Source of the DNA: a bacterium
GTDB lineage: Bacteria; UBA8248
DNA length: 64,000 nt
Direction: 5' to 3'
Assembly: GCA_965200245.1 (NCBI GenBank)
Contig: CBDATS010000015.1
Coordinates: 160,001-224,000, forward strand
Numbering within the stretch: the first letter of the stretch is position 1; every line of letters begins with the position of its first letter. This document shows, one piece after another, positions 1-8,370 of this stretch. Below the pieces are notes generated by a model. It made no database searches and had not been told where the DNA came from. It saw nothing but the letters and a program-made list of their open reading frames with translations. A program made the position numbers and the translations under genes.

Positions 1-37
1 TTATTTCGCCTCACACAAAGCAGAAAGGACACACAAC

Positions 38-481
38 ATGGAATTTAACCAGGAGATTACGGTTGCCGCTTCCCGAAAGAAAGTGTGGGACTTCATCTGG
101 CAGGTCGAGGAATTTGCGGCCTGCGTGCCCGGCGTGAAGGACGTGGAAAAAATAGACGATGCGACCTACAGCGTGAGAGTCGAGCAGAAGGTCAGTTTCC
201 TGAAAGCGAGCTTTCATATCCAGATCAACATCGAGGAAGTCCGTGCTCCCGAGTACATCCGTACGGTGGGCGAGGGGAAGGATTCGAAAATCGCGGCGAG
301 CCTCAAGCAGAAAAACGCGGTGATGCTCGAAGCCGTCTCCGAGAACGAAACGAAGGTTTGCATCAACTCTAGTGTCGATGTCTTCGGTAAGCTCGGTTCT
401 CTGGGTTTCAGCGTTATCAAGAACCAGGCGAACAAGATATTCGCCGAGTTTGCCAGGAACGTGAAAGCGAAGGTGGAATAA
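38..481 (+). CDS. CoxG/SRPBCC family protein (CO dehydrogenase subunit G-like)
   Basis: 147-aa ORF with RBS AAAGGA; motifs VWDFI..E.FAACVPGV and FGKLGSLGFSVI typical of CoxG. Confidence 0.85.
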   Translation: MEFNQEITVAASRKKVWDFIWQVEEFAACVPGVKDVEKIDDATYSVRVEQKVSFLKASFHIQINIEEVRAPEYIRTVGEGKDSKIAASLKQKNAVMLEAVSENETKVCINSSVDVFGKLGSLGFSVIKNQANKIFAEFARNVKAKVE

Positions 482-659
482 GTTCAAAAGCCTCTCGCCA
501 TGCGGTCTTCTGCTCCAGATACCTATCTGCCGTATCACACCTGATACAGAGGGCTGTACCAAGTGAGTCCCGACCGAGCCGCATTCAGGAAGCGTATCTA
601 ATTGTGTAACACAATAGGTTAAGATGGACTGTCCTGCCTTTGCGGCCTTGCGTGCGGGT

Positions 660-946
660 TGGGGAGCGGCGAATCTTCCTGCTGCGCTGCCACGGGCCGA
701 TTGTGCGACGCGAGTATTCCTTGAGGATCTCACATCGAACAGGCCTGCATCTTATGGGTCGGCATCCCGGACGAAGCCGGGCTGCCCGCGGCCTTCGTAC
801 CACCGCCTGCGCCACACACGTGGACGTCACAGGGCGTCATGAGCGTGTCGGGCTCATAACCGTCGGGCGCTTGGCCAGGAGACAGGAAGCGAGAGACCAC
901 CATCTGTGCCCATCTCGACGATGCTGTTCTCAAGGACGCCGCAGAG
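660..946 (+). pseudogene. C-terminal remnant of a tyrosine recombinase/phage integrase
   Basis: Stitched across frames: AALPRADCATRVF.EDLTSNR / LWVGIPDEAGLP / HRLRHT (801-818) / WTSQGVMS / VGLITVGRL / GDRKRETTICAHLDDAVLKDAAE. Matches the HxLRH...LGH...Y box, with several frameshifts and the catalytic Tyr position now TGT (905-907). Confidence 0.8.
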
Positions 947-973
947 GGTACGGGATCCGAGACGCCGGACTAT

Positions 974-1107
974 GCGAAATGCGGCGTAGCACTGAGAGCC
1001 ACTTAAGAAAGCGGTATACCGATAAGGCATGTCGGCATCGGTGAGTCGATGGAAAATTTCATGGATTTTGAGCCGATGCTTTCATCAAGGCCGTATGTGG
1101 GGAATAA
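974..1107 (+). pseudogene. Degenerate 3'-terminal fragment of an SRP GTPase (FtsY-like)
   Basis: Reads AKCGVALRAT*ESGIPIRHVGIGESMENFMDFEP, then after a 1-nt shift DAFIKAVCGE*. Matches the FtsY C-terminal consensus AKGG...PIRxIGxGE..EDL..F. Confidence 0.75.
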
Positions 1108-1514
1108 TCTACCCAGAGTCCCATTATTGATGATGATATTGTGAAACACCCTTGCTTATCAACTAAATCTGTCAGAAATTATTTTCAGGAATTTATCTGA
1201 AAGGTCGTGGATTAAAATAAATTTAGCGGATTTTCAGGAAACTTCCTCAGCCCCGAACGAGTCGATTCTCTCCACTGCCATCCCCGCTTTCTCCTATTCT
1301 CCCAGCACCGTAAATGCGGGAAATTGCCTGTGATGTTCCGGGCCGATGATTCTGTTTCGACCGTAGAAGTTTGGGCCTGCGCGTCTTGGGGGATGACTCA
1401 ACAGTGAAACACGCCAATCCTTCACGATACTTTTGGGCGCTTCGTTTCTCACTACGGCAATTGCGTATAACGCATTTGTGATGCTGGTGGACGAAGACGA
1501 CCGCAGAGGGACTG

Positions 1515-1542
1515 TTGATGAAGCCTGATTCCGTGCTAGAAT
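1515..1542 (+). promoter_or_regulatory. Putative sigma70 promoter upstream of the LuxR-type gene
   Basis: TTGATG-16 nt-TAGAAT with extended -10 TG. Confidence 0.4.
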
Positions 1543-1688
1543 AATGTCTTATTTCCTTAGGTTGGATTCAGCGATAATACGAGGTGCCGGGAAAAGAGGG
1601 TCGTGGCCAGTTCTCCGTGGGAACATTTCCCGGCACGTATTCTGAATTGTCTTATTGCGCTGGCAAAACTTAGCTAGGCATCAACCCA

Positions 1689-2279
1689 ATGAAGCCTGCC
1701 ATTTTGAAAGTAGAAGAATCTAGCATGAGAAAATTACTCCAGAATTACAAGCCCCAAGTAATTCTCAAGATAGCCATTTTATTGCCGGCTGCGTTGTTTC
1801 TGATTTACGACCTGATCACCGATGCAAGTTTGGGGGAGGAGTTCGCCTCTACGCATTTTATTATCGAATCGGTTGTATTCTTCTTTGTACTGACCGTCCT
1901 CATTATCAGTTTACGGGATATTGCCAACTTGCGAACGCAACTACAGCAAGAGGAGAGACGAAACAAAATGCTCGCCGGTGAACTAGCCGCTGTCATCGAA
2001 GAACAGATGAGTGAGTGGAAGTTGACCCCCAGCGAAAGAAAAATCGCATGTATGATAGTCAAAGGTTACCGATTTGCCGAAATTGCTGAACTGCGCCAAG
2101 TGAAGGAAAACACTACTCGGTTGCAAGCTACCGCTCTCCACGCAAAGGCTGGCGTGAACGGGCGTGCCGAATTTGTCGCCAAGATCATCCATCACTTACT
2201 AGCCCCCGTCTTGGAAGATACTTCTTCCGACAAGAACCGCCCCACCGTCCCGACTGGCCCAGGCGGTATCTCATCCTAG
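1689..2279 (+). CDS. Membrane-anchored LuxR-family HTH transcriptional regulator
   Basis: Two N-terminal hydrophobic helices, a coiled coil, then WKLTPSERKIACMIVKGYRFAEIAELRQVKENTTR (LuxR HTH). Start may be the second Met (MRKLL). Confidence 0.85.
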   Translation: MKPAILKVEESSMRKLLQNYKPQVILKIAILLPAALFLIYDLITDASLGEEFASTHFIIESVVFFFVLTVLIISLRDIANLRTQLQQEERRNKMLAGELAAVIEEQMSEWKLTPSERKIACMIVKGYRFAEIAELRQVKENTTRLQATALHAKAGVNGRAEFVAKIIHHLLAPVLEDTSSDKNRPTVPTGPGGISS

Positions 2280-2324
2280 AAAATATCAGGTGGCAACACG
2301 AGGGCAATTCTGAGTTGGGGGTTA

Positions 2325-2789
2325 TTACTGACCAATACGGAAAGCCCTGCCTTTACCTTTTACCCAAAGGGCCGCACGGCGCAGCATGCGTAGCCATGGG
2401 CAGAGGATGCGTACGAGTCTTGGATTCGAAGAAAACCATCTTACGAGAATATTGAACCAGTCGTCTCCGCTCGTCATCGCCTCAAGCACCATCATTGCTT
2501 CCGCTCCCTGATGCCGCTGGCCATCCAGGACAAGAATCATCCCATCCTCAATGTCGTATCCTTCCCGTCGCAGTTTGTTGGCCAGTTCGGTCGCCCGATT
2601 GGTGTCAATGAGCCGCAATGGCCGCCCGGTTTGCATCTCGAACCTCGATTTTCTCACGTAGAGACTGCAAAAGGGGCATTCGTCGTCATAAAGCAGAAAG
2701 TCATCTTGCGGGGATACGTCGACGGTTTCGGTTCGGTCGGTTTCTTGTGAATGTGAAGTCGTCAACGCATCTTCTCGTTCCATACTCAT
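2325..2789 (-). CDS. DCC1-like (DUF393) thiol-disulfide oxidoreductase
   Basis: LLYDDECPFC DxxCxxC motif; GMILVLDGQRHQGAEA. Confidence 0.85.
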   Translation of the reverse strand: MSMEREDALTTSHSQETDRTETVDVSPQDDFLLYDDECPFCSLYVRKSRFEMQTGRPLRLIDTNRATELANKLRREGYDIEDGMILVLDGQRHQGAEAMMVLEAMTSGDDWFNILVRWFSSNPRLVRILCPWLRMLRRAALWVKGKGRAFRIGQ

Positions 2790-2927
2790 GTTTATTTTCC
2801 AAAGAATGTCGCATCACGCACGCACAGCCTGCTTTTCAGCAATCGGGCGAAATCAGTCGAGCCCGTGACGGCGATGAGGATTGTATCAGCCTGTCCATTT
2901 CCATGAGAGCGAAGTTATTCAGTATTC

Positions 2928-4325
2928 TCACTGGCCGAAAATAAGTCTCGTGTGCGAAATCACTTTTTTCTTGCCCCTGCGCCTCTCATGAAGAGGTACC
3001 TTTAGGGGCTTGATCCATTTTTGGGGCCAAATCGACCGAGGCACATTCAAGAGGTTGACATCGGGATCGATCAGGCGTTGTCGCCGCCGGCCGTTCAAGG
3101 ATACCTTGGAGTCGACGCGAATCGAGACCACCTTTATTCCTTCCGCCCGCAACCGGTCGCCCAAATAGTAGACGAATTGATGAATCATGTCCGGTCTGGC
3201 GGCCATTTTCTTCGCCTGCCAAGATTTGATGTAGCGGGCGGGGGATATTTTATACTCGTTTCCCGCCTCGTCGGTGACGAGAAATCTCGCCCGACCGGAT
3301 TTGCTGCGAAGCTTCATGTGCCAGGCGTAGAGATGCCCCTCTTCGGTCCAACTCACATTGCCAGGATAGAGCCAGTGCCTAAGTGGCATCAATAGTTGCC
3401 AGGAAATATAAACCACGAGGAATGCAAGCACGGTTCGTGAACAACGACTCGGGCCGGGAGGTGTTGCCGCCTGATATTTTTTCAGGATGAGATATCGCCT
3501 TGGCCAGTTGGGACTGAAGAACACCGTTGAGAGGGCAATGGCGAACCAGGGAAAAATTCCGATATGAAAGATGACGGCGTTGGTGAGATTAAAAAACAGT
3601 ACGCCGACGAACGCGATAACCCTCGTTCGCTTCCACATCAGGAGCGGCACGATGAGGAGGTCGAAGAACAGACCCCCGTAGTTCATGAGCATGACGACCA
3701 ATTCCTGTTTGAACAGGGGGCCGATCAACGGATAATCCGCGCGTTTATGCAACCAGCTTCTTAACGGTTCCCCGGCTAGCCAGTCGGAATTGATCTTGGC
3801 GACTCCGCCGTAGAAATAGGCGATGCCCACCTGTAAGCGCAGGATCCACAGACTCCATGTGGGGATGGTATCCGCTCCCTTGCAGAACCCAAACTTCGCA
3901 TCCAGTGAAACGGCCCGATTCGCCGGAACGATCGCCATTAGGAAGCTCACTAGGCAAACGAGATAAAAATGATTCAGGTAGCGCGCCTGCTCAAGCAGAA
4001 AGATGTAGCTGAAACCGACGAAGAAAAGTGCAGCGGCTACGCGATAGAACAAACCGAAGGTAATGAATAAGGCAAGAACACCCAATCCCAGGAAATGCCA
4101 ATACATTCCGTCGCCAGGCCAAGGAGCGACCCAATCGAACCCGAAGTAGCTAAAATGGAAGTCCGGCGCGATCCAATATTTATGGATCCAACCCTTCTTG
4201 AAATACCGTGCGACTTCCCACAGCATGATCAGCCCGAAAAAAATCCGGACAACCACCAACGAGGCGATATCAAGGGGCTCTGCAAGCCGTTCACGCAACT
4301 CCCCGACCATTTGTTTTGTGCTCAT
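2928..4325 (-). CDS. HTTM-domain / vitamin K-dependent gamma-carboxylase-like membrane protein
   Basis: SLVVVRIFFG, FHFSYFGFDWV, YLNHFYL, YFYGGVAKINSDW (Lys of the carboxylase motif), WTEEGHLYAWHMKLRSK, SLNGR..QRLIDP; multiple TM helices. Confidence 0.9.
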   Translation of the reverse strand: MSTKQMVGELRERLAEPLDIASLVVVRIFFGLIMLWEVARYFKKGWIHKYWIAPDFHFSYFGFDWVAPWPGDGMYWHFLGLGVLALFITFGLFYRVAAALFFVGFSYIFLLEQARYLNHFYLVCLVSFLMAIVPANRAVSLDAKFGFCKGADTIPTWSLWILRLQVGIAYFYGGVAKINSDWLAGEPLRSWLHKRADYPLIGPLFKQELVVMLMNYGGLFFDLLIVPLLMWKRTRVIAFVGVLFFNLTNAVIFHIGIFPWFAIALSTVFFSPNWPRRYLILKKYQAATPPGPSRCSRTVLAFLVVYISWQLLMPLRHWLYPGNVSWTEEGHLYAWHMKLRSKSGRARFLVTDEAGNEYKISPARYIKSWQAKKMAARPDMIHQFVYYLGDRLRAEGIKVVSIRVDSKVSLNGRRRQRLIDPDVNLLNVPRSIWPQKWIKPLKVPLHERRRGKKKVISHTRLIFGQ

Positions 4326-4486
4326 TCCGCGTTCCTCGAACAAGCCTCAAAGTTTTTCATCAGGTTTACGTAAGTTATGCCATGAAATGGCTAAATCCAA
4401 TGGATTGAACACGGGGTGCCTCTATGTGTGTTAACTGTCTAGGAGGCATATTGAATTTAACGCTTCTCATTCTTTGGCATTCGGAT

Positions 4487-5763
4487 TTATGGTGTGCGTT
4501 TGGCTCCGAATACGCCGAGGAGGCTCTGCAGGTTGTCCGCGGTGTTGGCCCTGAAGGTGCCCGCCACCGAACCGGGATGGTCCGTGGGGTCGGAGTGGTT
4601 GCCGAAGAACTTCCCGCCCCACTTGCCCGAGAGCGCGACGCCAGCACCCGTCTCTCCGCTGGTGTCGCCGTCGAAGTTCCCCCCGAGGACGCTGCCGGTG
4701 ACGTCCGCAGATCCCAAGGTCAACGCGGGCAGGGACACGCCCCCATCCGTCCTGCCTCCCGTGATCGTCCCGGAGACGGTTCCCAGTGCAGTCGCGTCCC
4801 CGAAGTTGGCTGTCAGCTCAGCAGTCGCATCGAAATAATCGAACACGGGGTCCGCGTTCGCATCCGCCTTCATCATGTGCACGCCGGTCGCGGGCCCACT
4901 GTAGGTCGCCGTGCCCGTAAGGGCGGCGAGGTTGCCGTTCTCGAAGGGATCGTTGCCGCCCGCCGCAGCGCCCAGGGTGTAGGAACCAGTATAGCTGCCA
5001 TCCTCGGGGTCCTTGTAAATGAACAGCACAAACCCAGCGAGAGATAGTCCGTGTCCGAGTTGCCCTGGCTGTCCGTGTAGGCGTCCCAATTGAAAACGCC
5101 GTTTGTCTTGTCGTTGTGGACTTCAACTCCCTGCCAGCCCAATGCCAGGTCGTCCACCCTTCTCGACGACGCGCCCTGATCCGTCGTGCTCATGGTCGAG
5201 ACCGTGCCGGCGATGCTGCGCTTGAAGGTGAACTGCAGGCCCGCGCTCGCGTCGCGCTCGGCGAGGAAATACGAGGGGTCAGAAACCCTCCCGCCGGGGA
5301 CGTAAGAGGATTGCGTAGTGCTGCTCATCTCCTTCGAGGTGGGCGTGAACCCCAGAGGCCGTGAACTCCCGGCTCTCAGAATGCGTACCGCAGCGCCTCC
5401 CGCCAGACCCGCGTTCTCTCTGACTTCCTTCAGCAACGACCCTCTCAAGGGTGGAGTAGGCGGACCGCCTCCGTCGTCATCGTCGTCGCTGTCGTTATCG
5501 TTGTCGTCGTCATCACCGTCATCATCATCGTCGTCAAAAGGTGTAGGTACAGGCGGAGGCGCCGGATGCGGAGGTGACAGTGTAGGCGGGTTTATGTTTG
5601 TGTAGTCAAGCATAGTGGCGGGCATGACAACGACTCTTGTACTTCTACCGCCACCGTAACCCCAAGTAATGGAAAAAAGCACAAACAACGAGACTGCTAA
5701 GACGAAAACTGAAATTTTCGATTTCGTAAGCAATCGGCACTCACTAGAACTCGGATCAATCAT
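4487..5763 (-). pseudogene. Exported Pro/Asp-rich protein with TbpB-like C-terminal beta-barrel, split by a 1-nt frameshift
   Basis: ORFs 4873..5763 and 4487..5089 join into 425 aa if one base is restored near 5027 (DYLSLGL-W-LFIY). C-terminus has GTATYSGPATG, AELTANFG, GKWGGKFFG, SVAGTF, GVFGAKR. Confidence 0.75.
5473..5535 (-). repeat. GAY-codon low-complexity tract encoding DDDDDDGDDDDNDNDSDDDDD
   Basis: (tcg/tca)n on + strand; 17 Asp in 21 residues, flanked by Pro-rich linkers. Confidence 0.9.
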
Positions 5764-5962
5764 TTCGTCGTCTATATCCTATATCCACGGGATCTTCTCT
5801 GAGATTGGGCTTTTCTTATAATCTCGCCCCCATAGCTATCATAAGAAGTTGTGAACACACCATCTTTGGTTTGCTATATATTGCTTATGCAAACGTTATA
5901 ATTGACGGTCCTGATTTTACGGAGCGCAATGCTGGAGGTTAGAGGAGGTGACTGCCGGCTAG

Positions 5963-6162
5963 GCTGAGCGAAACGGCGTTCCCCAGATTGTCTGCAAGCC
6001 GCTCAGAACGCGCACGGGCGCGCCGCTCCCTTCTGGCGTGACGACGTATTCCTGTCCCTGTATTCCAGGGGCGTTATCGCCTTTCCTGGTTCGGGCATCA
6101 CCGACAACTTTGTCGGCAAGACCAGGCAACTCGGTATACTTGTCCAGCAAGTCGCCGCATAG
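5963..6162 (+). pseudogene. C-terminal remnant of a DUF2493 (SLOG/YspA-like) gene
   Basis: TAG at 5960-5962 where Trp is expected, then AERNGVPQIVCKP, a 1-nt shift near 6002, then NAHGRAAPFWRDD...GVIAFPGSGITDNFVGKTRQLGILVQQVAA*. Confidence 0.75.
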
Positions 6163-6679
6163 GAATTCCGGGCCGCGTCGCGAGTCTCTCGGATGGGGTC
6201 GGTCTACTTTTCCGGACTTCTCCACACCACTCCATCTATTTGCCATTATGGGGTACAGGCGAGCAGGTAACGAGTGCGCACAGAGGGAACATGTAGATGG
6301 CGCCCGTTTGATCAACGGAACATGTGAGAAAGGATCCGTGCGCTGGGGGAACATTCCCAGATATGGGGCGCCACGTGTAATAAGTGCCGCATCACGCTTG
6401 CAACACGTAATGCTTACCCCTGTTGACGGGAATAGGACACAGTACGCATCCTGGGGCAGCCACGGTCGTTTCGCTCAATCGCAGCGACTGCTTCAGGCCG
6501 TTCATATATCGGCCCTTAAGGCCGGTTACATTGCGCCGAATAGGAACGCAACACTTGCCGCCGTTCGACTTTTTTTCGTCACACCTGACGCAATCTTGCC
6601 CGATTTACCTCGATCCCGGTTTGTCAGGTTCGTCATTCATTCCGGTTTATCGGTTGTTTCATACCGGTTTGCTTGGTTT

Positions 6680-6705
6680 GTCATTCCGGCAAAAGCCGAA
6701 ATCCA
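6680..6705. repeat. Single arm of a GTCATTCC..GGAATCC-type palindromic (REP-like) repeat
   Basis: GTCATTCCGGCAAAAGCCGAAATCCA; antisense translation gives the characteristic WISAFAGMT. Confidence 0.55.
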
Positions 6706-6782
6706 TTTTCCCCTGGTCACAGACGAAAGACTCGGATCGAGAATGCGCTGGAACAGACTGTACCGGCAAGGTTTACGGAACC

Positions 6783-7259
6783 TCAGGGGCGCTTGATGAT
6801 CCACTCCTCCATCAGTTCGCAGCCGCTCTCGCGGTAAAGCGCGGAGATGGGGCATCGTCCGTGATGCTGGCGTTTTAGTTCCTCCACCCGTTCGTCGGAC
6901 TCGTCCGTGGTCAAGTGGATTTTCGCCTCCACGTAATCGAAGTTGGGGCTGATGCCGTTGTCCGGGTCCTTGGCACCTCTGGGGTCTGCAGTGCCGCGTA
7001 CCTCCACCTCCTGCGCGATGACGTTGAAATCGAGCCCCTCGGCCACCTTGTTCGTGATGACCGTGATGCAGGCGGAAAGCGCGCCCAGTGCGAGTTCTCG
7101 CGGCGTGGGGCCTGTGTCCGTCCCCCCGCCCTGCGTTGGTTCGTCGGCGATGAAGGCGTGTTTGCACGCTTGTATCTCCACGCGGCAGTCCTCGGATCGC
7201 TTGGCTCTCACCCGGCGTTCCTGTTTGGCCATCACTTCCTTGTCTACAGATTCCACCAT
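6783..7259 (-). CDS. OsmC/Ohr family protein
   Basis: FIADEPTQGGGTDTGPTPRELALGALSAC and RCPI (two Cys). Confidence 0.9.
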   Translation of the reverse strand: MVESVDKEVMAKQERRVRAKRSEDCRVEIQACKHAFIADEPTQGGGTDTGPTPRELALGALSACITVITNKVAEGLDFNVIAQEVEVRGTADPRGAKDPDNGISPNFDYVEAKIHLTTDESDERVEELKRQHHGRCPISALYRESGCELMEEWIIKRP

Positions 7260-7308
7260 CGGAAATTCTCCTTGTCGTATGAATAGGAATGCGTCTTCGC
7301 GTATGCAT

Positions 7309-8370
7309 CTAGTCGAATACCACCGCGGCCCTTCCTGTCACCCGGTTATCGATGAGTGCCTGGAATGCGGTTTCCGTTTCCTGAAGCGGGAAGGTTTCGG
7401 TGACGATGGGCTGAATTCTCCCCTGCTGAATCAGCATAAGCGACTGATTGAGCTCTTCCATCGAACAATAGCGTGATCCGTGTATCTCCTGTGCGAATGT
7501 CAGGAACTGGAGCGGGTCAACGGTGAAATTTGGCGATACATTGTTGTAGGCCGCAGGTGGGCGGTAGCCCACGATCACAAGCTTTCCACCGCGTCCGAGG
7601 CTGGCCACACCGGCTTCGAGCGTCTCGCGCGTGGCCACGTAGTCGATATAAGCGTCTACACCGCGCCCTTCGGTGAGTGAGAGGATTTCCTCCACGGTAT
7701 CGGTCTGTGCGGGGTTCAGAGTGGCGAAGGCCCCGAGTTGCGAGACGGTTTCGAGTTTTTTCTCCGACACGTCGATTCCGATGACGTGGCCACCGCACAC
7801 CTGAGCCATCTGCACCGCGTGAATCGCCACGCCGCCGCCCGCGCCCACTATCGCCACCACGTCGCCGGGCTTGATCTGCGCCTCTGCCACGCAGTTGTGG
7901 TAAGGCGTACAGATGGCGTCCGCTGCAACACAAGCGTCGAGCGAACTCACGCCCTCCGGAATCTTGCACAGATTCACGGCGGGAACGGTTGTGTACTCGG
8001 CGTAGCCGCCGTCCATGACGAGGCCGAAGTATCCCCGGAAATTCTCGCAGAGCGTCTCGCGTCCGCTTCGGCAATAGCGGCAGTTATGGCAGGTGAGATA
8101 GAAGTGGCATGTCACGTGATCGCCCACGCCCACATTCGTCACGTGGGAACCGATTTCGACGACCTTACCAGCGATCTCATGTCCCAGGATTCTCGGGTAT
8201 TCGTCCACTAGGCCCGGTGTACTTCGCATGATCACCAGCGTGAGGCCCACGCCCGTGGCCTGAAGACGCACAAGCGCATCGTTCGGTCCCGGCTGGGGAA
8301 TCGGGACCTCCTCAAGCTGAAACGTGCCGCCCAGTTCATGAAGCCGCATTGCTTTCATCGTGGATGCCAT
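7309..8370 (-). CDS. Zinc-binding (MDR) alcohol dehydrogenase family protein
   Basis: GHE motif, structural Zn CxxCxxC..C, GAGGGVA Rossmann motif; RBS AAGGAGG. Confidence 0.9.
   Translation of the reverse strand: MASTMKAMRLHELGGTFQLEEVPIPQPGPNDALVRLQATGVGLTLVIMRSTPGLVDEYPRILGHEIAGKVVEIGSHVTNVGVGDHVTCHFYLTCHNCRYCRSGRETLCENFRGYFGLVMDGGYAEYTTVPAVNLCKIPEGVSSLDACVAADAICTPYHNCVAEAQIKPGDVVAIVGAGGGVAIHAVQMAQVCGGHVIGIDVSEKKLETVSQLGAFATLNPAQTDTVEEILSLTEGRGVDAYIDYVATRETLEAGVASLGRGGKLVIVGYRPPAAYNNVSPNFTVDPLQFLTFAQEIHGSRYCSMEELNQSLMLIQQGRIQPIVTETFPLQETETAFQALIDNRVTGRAAVVFD

Noticed and set aside
624-1044. ORFs 624..842 and 640..1044
   Set aside because: Each carries only pieces of the frameshifted integrase remnant
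1393-1528. Possible small membrane peptide (..QSFTILLGASFLTTAIAYNAFVMLV..)
   Set aside because: No in-frame start without invoking a frameshift; no recognisable homolog
6286-6705. Possible CRISPR-like array
   Set aside because: Repeats too short or degenerate; no cas genes in the window
6038-6796. 252-aa + strand ORF and overlapping 131-aa and 151-aa ORFs
   Set aside because: No family motifs; they cross the DUF2493 remnant out of frame and the REP-like repeat
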